Numbered from the stretch's first letter, positions 28,012 through 38,018 are shown. The stretch is 64,000 nt of DNA from Bacteroidota bacterium (GCA_016868575.1 VGGL01000003.1:10162-74161); one strand, 5' to 3'. Program-made: numbers and translations. The notes: generated by a model not told the origin, from the letters alone.

Positions 28012-29826
28012 ATGGATAAGACAGTTGAAGGATTCAGCGAAGTCAGATTTCTTGACGGCAAGCAATTGTATTACAGCTTTCTGGCAGGAGCGAAGAAGAT
28101 CTTTGAGGAACAGGGATTGTTAAATAAAATAAACGTATTTCCGGTCGCTGATGCCGATACAGGTACAAACCTGGCATCTACCATGCGTTCAATCATAGGT
28201 ACGACCATCCCCACAGATAATATCAAGACGGCTGCCGTTGCCATTGCCGATGCCGCCCTGGTCGGAGCAAGAGGTAATTCCGGTATCATCTTCGCCCAAT
28301 TTCTCTACGGCTTCAGCAATGAGATCGCATCAGAGGAGAATCTTGATACACGGAAATTTGCAGAGATCATCCGCAAGGCTGTAACCTATGCTTATGAAGC
28401 CATAGCCAATCCGGTGGAGGGAACGATGATTACAGTCATCAAGGCCTGGGCGGATTGTATCTATGCATTGAAGGACTTGATTGATGATTTTATCAGGCTC
28501 ATCATCGAATCCTACCAGAAAGCCATGGAAGCAGTGGCAGAAACCACTAACCGGATGGAGGTATTAAAGAAGGCTAATGTCGTGGATGCCGGCGCCAAAG
28601 GATTTGTGTTTTTTCTTGAAGGGATGGTTGAATACTTCAAGCATCAGCAGATCAGAAAAATCCTGGCTGTTCGTAATGTTGTGAAGATCCGGGAAGAAGC
28701 CATCGAAGAAATAGATCACGATATTATCTCTTTCCGTTATTGCGCAGAAGCGCTGATTACCGGGGAAGGATTGGTAAGGGTGAAAGTAGCCAACCGGATC
28801 AAAAATCTGGGCGACTCCATGGTCATTGCCGGCTCCCCAAAAAAGCTGAGGATCCACCTTCACACCGACAAACCCACGGATCTTTTCTCTGAATTATACT
28901 CCTTTGGCACCCTGACCTATCAGAAGGTCGACGACATGGTCATGCAGAACCAACTGGCACACCATAGGCGTTATCCCATTGGAATTCTGACCGATTCCTG
29001 TTGTGATTTACCAAAGTCCGTTATCGATCAGCATCAGATACAAGTCATGCCCCTCAGCATTCATTTCGGAGAAACCTTTTTCCTTGACCGGTTGACCCTG
29101 AATCCGCAGCGATTTCTTCATCTCCTTGAAACATCTCCAGTCCACCCAACCACTGCTCAACCGACCTACCAGGATTTCGCCAACCGGCTCAACTATGCTG
29201 CCTCCCATTTCGATTCTGTGATCGCCATCCATATGACTTCCGGTATGAGCGGCACCTATTCGGCTTGTGACAAAGCCGCAAGGGATATCTCTGAAAACAG
29301 CCAGGCTAAAATAGATGTGATCGACAGCCATACCATTACCGGCGGTCTTGGCATGATCATTCTTAGGGCCATCGATGCACTGGAGAAAAAAATGTCACAT
29401 GATGAACTTGTCTCTCAGATTCCACAGTGGACGGGAAAGATATCTACCTTCATGTGCCCCAAAACGATGAAATATGCGGTAAGGGGTGGTAGGGTGAGCC
29501 CGCTGAAAGGAAAAATGGCGCAATGGTTACGCATTAAACCAATCATTGGAGTTAACATGGAAGGAAAGTCATTTCCGCTGGCTACCACCTATAGTGATAG
29601 GGGGCGGCTGAACACGGTCATCCGGAGACTGAAAAAAGAGATGGAGCATCAGCAAATGTGGGGATATACCATCACCCATGTGAACAACTTCCGAGGTGCT
29701 GAGGGATTTGCAGCTGAGGTTGAAAAAATAAGCGGGAAGAAGCCGCTTTATATGGAGGAATCATCTCCCGTACTTGCCGCCCATACAGGTCCCGGAACAG
29801 TTTGTCTTTCGGTTCTCTATGAATAA
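28012..29826 (+). CDS. Dak2 (DhaL/FakA-N-like) domain fused to a full DegV (FakB-like) fatty-acid-binding domain
   Basis: The N-terminal half has [13 protein letters not shown] and GARGNSG (Dak2 domain). The C-terminal ~285 aa has [12 protein letters not shown]…TTAQP…SGMSGTY…VIDSHT (DegV). ATG at 28012. Confidence 0.85.
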   Translation: MDKTVEGFSEVRFLDGKQLYYSFLAGAKKIFEEQGLLNKINVFPVADADTGTNLASTMRSIIGTTIPTDNIKTAAVAIADAALVGARGNSGIIFAQFLYGFSNEIASEENLDTRKFAEIIRKAVTYAYEAIANPVEGTMITVIKAWADCIYALKDLIDDFIRLIIESYQKAMEAVAETTNRMEVLKKANVVDAGAKGFVFFLEGMVEYFKHQQIRKILAVRNVVKIREEAIEEIDHDIISFRYCAEALITGEGLVRVKVANRIKNLGDSMVIAGSPKKLRIHLHTDKPTDLFSELYSFGTLTYQKVDDMVMQNQLAHHRRYPIGILTDSCCDLPKSVIDQHQIQVMPLSIHFGETFFLDRLTLNPQRFLHLLETSPVHPTTAQPTYQDFANRLNYAASHFDSVIAIHMTSGMSGTYSACDKAARDISENSQAKIDVIDSHTITGGLGMIILRAIDALEKKMSHDELVSQIPQWTGKISTFMCPKTMKYAVRGGRVSPLKGKMAQWLRIKPIIGVNMEGKSFPLATTYSDRGRLNTVIRRLKKEMEHQQMWGYTITHVNNFRGAEGFAAEVEKISGKKPLYMEESSPVLAAHTGPGTVCLSVLYE

Positions 29827-29834
29827 AACCGGCC

Positions 29835-29990
29835 ATGATCTACCTTAACACAGGGTTACTAATACGCACTGCCATGCTTCGGTATGTATCGGGCGTTCCC
29901 ATGCTGGAAAAGAAATATGAGAAAAATCCTGAATTTCAGGAATATAAAGCCCGAACGTCAGCTTTTATCCCCGGGATCCCTAAAAAATAA
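29835..29990 (+). pseudogene. 3' remnant (51 codons) of a DUF1295 / steroid-5-alpha-reductase-like membrane protein gene
   Basis: Translates to [51 protein letters not shown], which resembles only the conserved C-terminal tail of DUF1295 proteins. A stop codon lies immediately upstream in frame, and there is no room for the other ~200 codons. Confidence 0.5.
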
Positions 29991-29997
29991 CCATATC

Positions 29998-32055
29998 ATG
30001 GTCAACAAACAGCTCATCCATCCTGAAAGCATTGTTGTTATTGGCGGTTCGAATGACATCCAAAAACCGGGCGGGAAAGTCCTCAAGAATATCATCGATG
30101 GAAAATTCACCGGAAATCTGTATGTCATCAACCCCAAAGAAACAGAGGTACAGGGCATTACGAGTTTTTCGGAGGTTAAAGACCTGCCGCAGGTTGATTT
30201 GGCAATCGTAGCCATTGCCGCCAAATATGTGCCTGATGCGGTTGAGGAGTTGACAAAGAAAAAGAATACCCGTGCTTTTATCATTCTCTCAGCCGGATTT
30301 GGAGAAGAGAGCAAGGAGGGAAAAGTGTTGGAGAGCAGGATCGTAGGAATGATCAACGAGGTGAATGGCGCCTTGATCGGGCCCAATTGTATCGGCGTGC
30401 TAACCCCGCAATACCATGGCGTTTTCACCCAACCGATCCCAGGGCTCGACCCTATGGGTTGTGATTTTATCTCGGGTTCAGGCGCTACTGCCTGCTTTAT
30501 CATGGAAGCTGGGATTCCGAAAGGTTTGCGATTTGCCAATGTGTTTTCAGTTGGCAACAGTGCCCAGATCGGGGTGGAGGAGATCCTGCAATACCTTGAC
30601 GAATCTTTTGATCCTGAAAAAAGTTCACGGATCAAGTTGCTGTATGTTGAAAATATCTTCAAGCCAAAATTATTGTTGAAGCATGCCACCTCACTGATCA
30701 GAAAGGGATGTCACATCGCAGCGGTAAAGGCAGGCGCTTCAGAAGCCGGCAGCCGGGCTGCGTCCTCGCATACCGGAGCCCTGGCGAGCCCTGACGAAGC
30801 CGTGAAAGCCCTCTTCCGAAAGGCTGGCATTGTCAGGTGCGAAGGCCGGGAAGAACTCGCCAGCGTGGCCTCTGTTTTCACCTATCCCCGGCTGAAAGGA
30901 AAGAATATAGCCATCGTCACCCATGCCGGCGGGCCTGCTGTCATGCTTACCGATGCCCTTTCCAATGGCGGATTGCAGATCCCACACCTGGAGGGTCCTG
31001 CTGCCAACGCTTTACTGGAAAAGCTTTTACCAGGCTCATCAGTAGCCAACCCCATTGATTTCCTGGCCACCGGTACAGCGGAACAACTGGGCATCATCCT
31101 CGATGCGATCGAAAACCACTTTCCCGATATCGACGGTAGTGCAGTCATCTTTGGTACTCCCGGATTGACCAGGGTTTTTGATGCCTACAAGATCATCGAC
31201 CAAAAGATCAGAACAGCCAGGAAACCCATCTTCCCCATTCTTCCATCCACTTTGACCGGAAAGGAAGAAATTGAAACTTTTGTTTCCAACGGACATACCT
31301 ATTTTTCTGATGAGGTCGTATTCGGTCACGCGCTCACCAAGGTGGTAAACACTTCGAGCCCTTCCGAGGAATCATTGGACAAGAGCCTTGTAGATTTACG
31401 AAAAATCAGAGAAATCATCGAACAATCCCCCAATGGATATATGAGTCCTTCTGAAATTCAGGTTTTACTTGATGCTGCTGGTATCACAAGGGCGAAGGAG
31501 GCTGTTGTCCTAACTGTTGAGGATGCTTTGAATGAGGTGAAAAAGATGGGCTTCCCGGTTGTCATGAAAGTTGTTGGCCCGGTTCATAAAAGCGACGTTG
31601 CAGGCGTTGTCCTAAACGTTTCGAGTGAAGAAGTAGTCATCAGGGAATTTGAGCGGATGGTCCGAATCCCTGAAACAAAGGCCATTCTGATCCAGCAGAT
31701 GCTCTCCGGATTTGAGTTGTTCGCCGGTGCCAAACGGGAGGACAAGTTCGGACATATGATATTGTGCGGACTTGGAGGAATTTTTATCGAGGTGATCAAA
31801 GATGTTTCCACCGCCTTGACTCCGGTTTCTATGGATGAAGCCATCCACATGATCAGATCACTCAAAGGGTACAAGATCCTGCAGGGGGTGAGGGGTCAGA
31901 AGGGGATCAATGAACAACGATTCGCCGACATCATCATCCGTCTATCGGCCTTGCTTGAGGCAGCTCCAGAGATCAGCGAACTGGATTTCAACCCGATCCT
32001 CGGGAGAGAAGATCAGGTTGTCGTAGTAGATGCCCGAATCTGTATCAGTAAGTAG
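29998..32055 (+). CDS. ADP-forming acetyl-CoA synthetase family protein (fused CoA-binding, CoA-ligase and ATP-grasp domains)
   Basis: IVVIGGSND…PGG CoA-binding N-terminus, GPNCIGV, and a C-terminal ATP-grasp domain (GFPVVMKVVGPVHKSDVAGV). ATG at 29998. Confidence 0.85.
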   Translation: MVNKQLIHPESIVVIGGSNDIQKPGGKVLKNIIDGKFTGNLYVINPKETEVQGITSFSEVKDLPQVDLAIVAIAAKYVPDAVEELTKKKNTRAFIILSAGFGEESKEGKVLESRIVGMINEVNGALIGPNCIGVLTPQYHGVFTQPIPGLDPMGCDFISGSGATACFIMEAGIPKGLRFANVFSVGNSAQIGVEEILQYLDESFDPEKSSRIKLLYVENIFKPKLLLKHATSLIRKGCHIAAVKAGASEAGSRAASSHTGALASPDEAVKALFRKAGIVRCEGREELASVASVFTYPRLKGKNIAIVTHAGGPAVMLTDALSNGGLQIPHLEGPAANALLEKLLPGSSVANPIDFLATGTAEQLGIILDAIENHFPDIDGSAVIFGTPGLTRVFDAYKIIDQKIRTARKPIFPILPSTLTGKEEIETFVSNGHTYFSDEVVFGHALTKVVNTSSPSEESLDKSLVDLRKIREIIEQSPNGYMSPSEIQVLLDAAGITRAKEAVVLTVEDALNEVKKMGFPVVMKVVGPVHKSDVAGVVLNVSSEEVVIREFERMVRIPETKAILIQQMLSGFELFAGAKREDKFGHMILCGLGGIFIEVIKDVSTALTPVSMDEAIHMIRSLKGYKILQGVRGQKGINEQRFADIIIRLSALLEAAPEISELDFNPILGREDQVVVVDARICISK

Positions 32056-33565
32056 ACTTTTCGAAAGCGAGAAAGGCTTTTCCCAGATTCTCAATGATAT
32101 CGCCGGCGATAAGCGACTCCTGTCCGCAAACAGATGCCGCCATGTCCCCAGCCAACCCATGAAGATAAACAGCGAACAAACAAGCTGCGAGAGGCGTGTA
32201 ATGCTGAGCTAACAGGCCGGCCAGGATACCTGTCAACACATCGCCACTACCCCCTGTTGCCATCCCCGGGTTGCCGGTAGTGTTAAAATAGCAGGAGCCA
32301 TCCGGACAGGTAATGGCCGTATGTGCCCCCTTCAGAACCACAAAAACCTGATATTTTACAGAGAGATCCCGTTGTGTTTTGTTTCGTTCAAAATCATTGG
32401 ATGATTTGCCTGCAATCCGCTCAAATTCTTTGGGATGAGGTGTCAGGATCGTGTTTTTAGGAAGGAATGCCATCCAGGTTTTATGCCCGGCAAGAATATT
32501 CAAGGCATCTGCATCCATCACGAGTGGTACAGGAGAGTTCTGGATCAATAACTTGAGGGTGTTGGCTGTTTGTTTTTCGGTGCCAATCCCTGGTCCCACA
32601 GCAATGGCCTGATAGTTATCTAAAACCGGAATTCCGGTCAGATGGAGATCATCGGCATCAGGATGAACCATGGCTTCGGGAACAGCTGTTTGGATAATCG
32701 GAACACCACTTCGTGGGACATGTGCCGTAACCAGTCCTGACCCGCTCCGCAAACATGCCCTGGATGCCAGCACAGCTGCTCCAATCTTTCCATAGCTACC
32801 CGCTATGATCAACGCATGTCCGAAATGTCCTTTATGGGAAAACTTGTTTCTTTGGATTCGAAAGCCTTTCAGCATCTCTGCTTCCAGCATGAAATTCGGA
32901 ACATCACACTGATCTGTAAACTCCTTCATGATCCCGATATCCAGTAATTGCCAATGACCGACAGAAGCATCATTTTCAGGAAAGAAAAATGCCAGTTTGG
33001 GTGGTGAAAAAGTCAGGGTGTAATCTGCCTTGATGACCGCTGATGTTTTGTGTTGGGTGGGCCGATCAATAAACAATCCGGAGGGAACGTCGACAGCAAT
33101 GATCACTCCTTGTTGGTCATTGAGTCGGCGGATGATGTCTGCCACAAAACCTGTTACCGGTTTATTTAATCCGGAACCGAACAATGCATCAATGATGACA
33201 ATATCATCAGACTGCGTTGGAATATCATTTAAATGGCTAATTGTACACAGTATGTCAGGATAATGGTGTCGGAGCCTGTCAAGGTTGATCTGATTAGATG
33301 CTGATAGGGACGAAGCAGTCTCGACCAGGCAGGCTTTCACCTTTACGCCGGCAGCCCGGAGAAGCCTGGCGATGACGAGGCCATCCCCGCCGTTATTTCC
33401 AGATCCGCAGAAAACGTGAACCTCATGTTCGTGCCGGAGGTAATTGATAAGCCATTCGGTACATTTGGAAGCAGCCCGTTCCATCAGGTCAATATCCCTG
33501 ATGGGCTCATGTTCCATGGTATAGGCGTCTGCCTGCCGGATCAGTTCTGCAGGGAGGATTTTCAT
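32045..33565 (-). CDS. nnr: bifunctional NAD(P)H-hydrate epimerase / ADP-dependent dehydratase
   Basis: YjeF-N domain (CGSGNNGGDG) plus a carbohydrate-kinase-like YjeF-C domain (GGSGDVLTG). Confidence 0.9.
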   Translation of the reverse strand: MKILPAELIRQADAYTMEHEPIRDIDLMERAASKCTEWLINYLRHEHEVHVFCGSGNNGGDGLVIARLLRAAGVKVKACLVETASSLSASNQINLDRLRHHYPDILCTISHLNDIPTQSDDIVIIDALFGSGLNKPVTGFVADIIRRLNDQQGVIIAVDVPSGLFIDRPTQHKTSAVIKADYTLTFSPPKLAFFFPENDASVGHWQLLDIGIMKEFTDQCDVPNFMLEAEMLKGFRIQRNKFSHKGHFGHALIIAGSYGKIGAAVLASRACLRSGSGLVTAHVPRSGVPIIQTAVPEAMVHPDADDLHLTGIPVLDNYQAIAVGPGIGTEKQTANTLKLLIQNSPVPLVMDADALNILAGHKTWMAFLPKNTILTPHPKEFERIAGKSSNDFERNKTQRDLSVKYQVFVVLKGAHTAITCPDGSCYFNTTGNPGMATGGSGDVLTGILAGLLAQHYTPLAACLFAVYLHGLAGDMAASVCGQESLIAGDIIENLGKAFLAFEKSTY

Positions 33566-33568
33566 TGG

Positions 33569-33703
33569 TTAGTTAAAATCCGGACAACTTTCAAGGAAGG
33601 GAATGGACATGAGAACGCCAACCATAAGCACGGCAGTGCTATGGGGAACAGCTTCTACCGGCTGACCCTGCCCCGAAGGAGATGCAATGTTTTGATTTTC
33701 CAT
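33569..33703 (-). CDS. possible 44-aa single-TM protein wedged between the DUF2752 gene and nnr
   Basis: Translates to MENQNIASPSGQGQPVEAVPHSTAVLMVGVLMSIPFLESCPDFN. It starts 4 nt after the DUF2752 stop and ends 4 nt before the nnr start. No homology recognised. Confidence 0.3.
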   Translation of the reverse strand: MENQNIASPSGQGQPVEAVPHSTAVLMVGVLMSIPFLESCPDFN

Positions 33704-33706
33704 AGG

Positions 33707-34012
33707 TTATAAGATAAAGGTTGATATTTTGTACAGATAACTTATTACCAGGATGCAGACAGTAAAGATAAGCAAAAATAGTAAGATGCGAGCGCCATTC
33801 TGAAATCTGAAAACCAGATGAAAAATCAGAAAAAGGATCATGGTGATCATCGGGATAAGGGCCGGAAATATTTTGATACTTTCAACAAGGTTCCCTTTGA
33901 GTAACTCAATGAAAGCCGATTGCATACCACAGCCCGGACAATCTATTCCGAAGGTTCTTTTCCAGGAGCAAGGCATCTGGTGTTGTTCCAGCCAGGAAAT
34001 CAGCTCATCCAT
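33707..34012 (-). CDS. DUF2752 domain-containing membrane protein
   Basis: The CPGCGMQSA motif followed by TM helices is typical of DUF2752. Confidence 0.75.
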   Translation of the reverse strand: MDELISWLEQHQMPCSWKRTFGIDCPGCGMQSAFIELLKGNLVESIKIFPALIPMITMILFLIFHLVFRFQNGARILLFLLIFTVCILVISYLYKISTFIL

Positions 34013-34018
34013 GGCGGG

Positions 34019-34948
34019 TTAAAAATAGAATGGATGGAACTTGAACTCTCCCAGTGTATTATACTCAATGGCCGGAGCCGGTATCTTGATAAATCCGAAA
34101 GCGTTAAAGAGGATCTTCAACAGGTTGGATTTAGTCCGGATCTTTGTCAGGTCAATATCCACCGAGAGCATGAATTTGCGGTACCTTTCAAATGATGGAA
34201 TGGGGTTTCCCTTGTAGGTAGAAGTGTTGGTAAATGCGCCGGTCATGCCGCCCGCACCGTATCCGACAGCAATGTTAAGCCATCTTGGGAACTTGGAATC
34301 TTCTGGGAGAAAGGAGTGGATATTCCCGGAGAGCCAGAAAGAAATCCCGTTGTAGTCTTTATTCATTTGTTCAATCAGGCTATGACCCAACAAGTCAGGC
34401 CGGTACTTGGCATATTTGCTAGGGTGAAAGCTATACTTGAGCATGAACCGCTGTTCATCCCAGGCAAATTGTTGTGACATAAAAAAGGCCGTCCCGCTGA
34501 AATTGGCTATCAGATCCCCGGATGAAGCGCCCCAGCCGGCTGAAAATCCATCCAGGATTTCAATGATCGATTCGTATCCAAAGGCCATTCCTCCACTGAT
34601 CCAGATGGATTTGTTCTTTGGCAGACCGGTCCACCTGAATAAGCCATGGCTAACCCTGGCCAGATAGTATGCGGTGGTCATATGGCCGACTTTATCCATC
34701 TGCATCCACTCCTTGTTGTCGTTGAAGAAGTGAAAACTGGTTTGCGGGTAACCGGAATACCACATGATGTATAATCCGGCAAGGGTGGTAGGATACAACA
34801 CACTGGCAGCAACCACCACACCTGTCAGTCTTCCCTTATGGATACCTGAAGAATCCTTAGCCAGCGAGTCTTTCTCCATCCCGGCATGACAGGGTTGTGA
34901 TAGACATCCAACAAAGATTAGCAAGATCAAGGGAAGATACCGTCTCAC
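34019..34948 (-). CDS. DUF2279 (YfiM-like) lipoprotein
   Basis: Signal peptide with FVGC, and a DKVGHMTTAYYLARV motif region. Confidence 0.68.
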   Translation of the reverse strand: MRRYLPLILLIFVGCLSQPCHAGMEKDSLAKDSSGIHKGRLTGVVVAASVLYPTTLAGLYIMWYSGYPQTSFHFFNDNKEWMQMDKVGHMTTAYYLARVSHGLFRWTGLPKNKSIWISGGMAFGYESIIEILDGFSAGWGASSGDLIANFSGTAFFMSQQFAWDEQRFMLKYSFHPSKYAKYRPDLLGHSLIEQMNKDYNGISFWLSGNIHSFLPEDSKFPRWLNIAVGYGAGGMTGAFTNTSTYKGNPIPSFERYRKFMLSVDIDLTKIRTKSNLLKILFNAFGFIKIPAPAIEYNTLGEFKFHPFYF

Positions 34949-36024
34949 TTTTTGATGTTTAGGCGGTTAAGGGCTTGCTGGTAAAGGATCGCATTCATGC
35001 TGTGCTGGTTGATGGTGCGGGCAAATACATGGTATCCGGACATGTCAGGTTTTGCACAGAAAAAATAGTAATCGTGCGACCGGTAGTTTAACACGGCATC
35101 AATGGAAGCAATCGAAGGGATGCATATCGGTCCTGGCGGGAGGCCTTTATAAATATAGGTGTTGTAAGGACTATCAATCTTTTTATAGTCGTTCAGAACC
35201 CGGCGGATGGTAAAATCCCCCAGGGCAAAGACGATGGTAGGATCGGCTTGCAGCAGCCAGCCGTCATTCAAACGGTTCATGTAAACACCGGCAATCATCG
35301 CCTTTTCATCATCCCTGTTTGTTTCCTTTTCGATGATGGAAGCTAAAATATAGATATCCTTCCTTGATAAACCTGTAACGGCAGCCTTTTGCTGACGTTG
35401 GTCGTTCCAGAATCTCTTATTTTCTTTGGCCATCCGCTCAATGAGCTGATCTGCAGAGGTGTTCCAGAAGAATTCGTACGTATTGGGAATAAAAAGGATC
35501 ATTGCATCGGTTGGAGTCACTCCGAACCTTGAGAGGAACAGTGAGTCCTCCATGCGTTTCATGATAGAAACGGAATCTGCTTCGATCTGTTTCGAAATGC
35601 GGCTTGCCAGTTCTTCCTTTGTCCGGATATTGTTGAAAATCAGGTGCAACGGTTCCTGATAACCTGAACGGAGTAAACGGACAAACTGAAAAATACGCAT
35701 CCCTTTTTTGACCGTGAACCTCCCCGGTTTCACATTTTTTTTATACCGTAAAAGCCATGCCTGAAATTCAAATGTCCGTTCGTGAACGATCATCCCTTTC
35801 GAAAAAAGTTCCTTTTTTACCATCTCATAGTCAGCGCCGGCTGGGACATATACGTAATCTTTCTCTTTCCCGCCGAGCCAGATTTCTGACAGGAATAATT
35901 GAGAGAAAACAAGAAAACCAAGGATCAGAAAAAGGATTAAAATGCCGATCGGGAGCCATCGCCTGGTTTTTTTTCCATCCCGGCGATAACCTTTGTGGTC
36001 GAACATGGAGTAGTAGTATTCCAT
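34945..36024 (-). CDS. mltG: endolytic murein transglycosylase MltG (YceG family)
   Basis: N-terminal TM helix and YceG core (ASIIEKET…VYMNRL…LQADPT…SPYNTY…GLPPGPI). Confidence 0.9.
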   Translation of the reverse strand: MEYYYSMFDHKGYRRDGKKTRRWLPIGILILFLILGFLVFSQLFLSEIWLGGKEKDYVYVPAGADYEMVKKELFSKGMIVHERTFEFQAWLLRYKKNVKPGRFTVKKGMRIFQFVRLLRSGYQEPLHLIFNNIRTKEELASRISKQIEADSVSIMKRMEDSLFLSRFGVTPTDAMILFIPNTYEFFWNTSADQLIERMAKENKRFWNDQRQQKAAVTGLSRKDIYILASIIEKETNRDDEKAMIAGVYMNRLNDGWLLQADPTIVFALGDFTIRRVLNDYKKIDSPYNTYIYKGLPPGPICIPSIASIDAVLNYRSHDYYFFCAKPDMSGYHVFARTINQHSMNAILYQQALNRLNIKK

Positions 36025-36032
36025 TTATCCGG

Positions 36033-36569
36033 TCAATCTTTGAGTTTCTGATAGAAAAGTTCGTTGATCCATTGATTTCCGCTCTTCAGCCACTCCTTTC
36101 GCATTCCTGATTGGATGAACCCTGCTCTCTCAAACAACCGGATACTGGGCAAGTTGTTTTCCGGGATCCCGGCGTACACCGTATGCATGCCGATGGTCTG
36201 AAAACAATATTCCAATAATAGATGCAGGGACTCCAGAGCGTAACCTTTTCCTCTTTCTTCCTGTTGAATAAGGATCCCTATCCCTGCCCGCATGTTTTTA
36301 GGGTCAAAGTCAAACAGATCGATGGTTCCGATCGCCCCTGCAGGTCTTCCTTTCGTCACTTTCTCAATCATAAACCGGATCTGCCGGCTGGCATATATGT
36401 CATCGTTGGCATTCATCACATATTGATCCAACACAAAGCGGGATAAAGGAGCAGATAATGAGCCCAAGTGCCAGATGGTGGGATCATTCTCCCACACATA
36501 CAGCAACTCCACATCCCCCGGCTCCACCGCCCGCAACATCACCTTTTCCCCAACAAACGACTGTTTCAT
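36033..36569 (-). CDS. GNAT family N-acetyltransferase
   Basis: Acetyl-CoA-binding Q/RxxGxG/A-like motif (QQEERGKGYA) and a GNAT fold of the right length. Confidence 0.85.
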   Translation of the reverse strand: MKQSFVGEKVMLRAVEPGDVELLYVWENDPTIWHLGSLSAPLSRFVLDQYVMNANDDIYASRQIRFMIEKVTKGRPAGAIGTIDLFDFDPKNMRAGIGILIQQEERGKGYALESLHLLLEYCFQTIGMHTVYAGIPENNLPSIRLFERAGFIQSGMRKEWLKSGNQWINELFYQKLKD

Positions 36570-36635
36570 AACTATTTAACTGTTTGCTGCTTGCTGATTA
36601 CTGTTTGCTGCTTACTGATTACTGTTTACTGAATA
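36561..36635. repeat. tandem ~21-bp repeats (ctgtttgctgcttgctgatta / ctgtttgctgcttactgatta, plus degenerate flanking copies) filling the GNAT-dapF junction
   Basis: Read directly. The first degenerate copy covers the GNAT start codon, and the last covers the dapF stop codon and its final codons. Confidence 0.85.
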
Positions 36636-37409
36636 CTCCCCCTCAAACACCCGCACCGCCGGCCCCTCCAGCCAAATGTCCGTGAAAACACCTGCTTCAC
36701 TTCTAAAACTGACTTTTAGGACTCCCCCCAGTGTATTGATCTCAAAGTCATTCTTTCCGGGAAAGAGATCCGATAAGACGATAGCCGTTGCCGTAACCCC
36801 TGTCCCGCAAGATAATGTTTCATCTTCAACCCCGCGTTCATAGGTTCTTACAAAGACCACTTCGCCTTTCAATTCCACAAAATCCACATTGATTCCCTCT
36901 TTCATAAATTCCGGGCTGTACCTGATCTTTTTCCCTTCTGCTCGTATATCAAGCTTTTCAAGGCCTTTCTTGAAAAGGACCAGATGGGGTGAGCCGGTAT
37001 CGAGGATGTATCGATCATTCAGACATTGAACGGCAGACACCTCTTTCATCCTGATTTTCACCCGGTAATGATTTGACTCAACAGCGAGAATGATCCCTTC
37101 ATGCGCGCCATCGATAGCTAAAAACGATGCCTTTTGATCAACAAGACCAAGGTAGTGTGCAAAAGCCGTCAAGCATCGCCCGCCATTGCCGCACATGGTG
37201 CTCTCGTTGCCGTCGCTGTTGAAGTATCGCATCGAGAAATCATAGTTGGAAGATGTTTCCAGCAGCATCAATCCATCCGCACCGACACCCAGATGACGAT
37301 CACATAACCACGAAATGTCGGCTGCGGAAAGACGGATTTCGCCCTTCCTGTTATCCAGCAGGATAAAGTCGTTTCCTGCCCCGTGGTACTTGTAAAAATG
37401 AATTTTCAC
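36612..37409 (-). CDS. dapF: diaminopimelate epimerase
   Basis: KYHGAGNDF, both catalytic Cys motifs (STMCGNG, LSCGTG), 265 aa. Confidence 0.93.
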   Translation of the reverse strand: MKIHFYKYHGAGNDFILLDNRKGEIRLSAADISWLCDRHLGVGADGLMLLETSSNYDFSMRYFNSDGNESTMCGNGGRCLTAFAHYLGLVDQKASFLAIDGAHEGIILAVESNHYRVKIRMKEVSAVQCLNDRYILDTGSPHLVLFKKGLEKLDIRAEGKKIRYSPEFMKEGINVDFVELKGEVVFVRTYERGVEDETLSCGTGVTATAIVLSDLFPGKNDFEINTLGGVLKVSFRSEAGVFTDIWLEGPAVRVFEGEYSVNSNQ

Positions 37410-37526
37410 TCCCTGGTCTTACTCTTCCATGCAAAACTAAGGATATTCTTGGAATATGTTGAGTGATTGGGTGATTCTTGTTTTCTTTGTTGGGAATTAT
37501 GAAAGATGAGATTTGAACTTTGAATT

Positions 37527-38018
37527 ATGAATGGAGATCCCAGACTTTACCGTGTGCTTGAAGAGCTGAACATCACGTTTGACTATTACGAGCATCCGCC
37601 TGCACCGACGATTGAAGAAGCCAAAAAGTACTGGAAGGACATTCAAGCAGCCCACTGTAAAAACCTCTTTTTCAGGAATCACAAAGGAAACCGACATTAC
37701 CTGGTGATCTTTGAACATACGCACGACCTCTCCATCCATGACCTTGAACAGCGCTTGAAACAAGGGAAGCTGACATTTGCCTCACCCGATCGGATGAGGA
37801 AATACCTCGGATTAACACCCGGTTCTGTGTCTCCTTTTTGCCTGATCCATGATAATAACCATGAGGTTCAAGTGTTTATTGATGAAAATCTCCGGAAATC
37901 AGCAACAATCAGTTTCCATCCCAACATCAACACCGCGTCGCTGGTAATCACTTTCAGCGACTTCCTCCGTTTTTTAGAATGGACAAAAAATACCTATGAG
38001 TTCATTCATCTCTATTAA
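37527..38018 (+). CDS. prolyl-tRNA synthetase-associated (YbaK/ProX-type) deacylase domain protein
   Basis: A ~160-aa YbaK-like domain with CKNLFFRN and GSVSPF motifs. Confidence 0.78.
   Translation: MNGDPRLYRVLEELNITFDYYEHPPAPTIEEAKKYWKDIQAAHCKNLFFRNHKGNRHYLVIFEHTHDLSIHDLEQRLKQGKLTFASPDRMRKYLGLTPGSVSPFCLIHDNNHEVQVFIDENLRKSATISFHPNINTASLVITFSDFLRFLEWTKNTYEFIHLY

Noticed and set aside
29958-30689. 243-aa minus-strand ORF
   Set aside because: It is antisense to the well-supported ADP-forming acetyl-CoA synthetase gene, and its low-complexity S/P-rich translation is uninformative.
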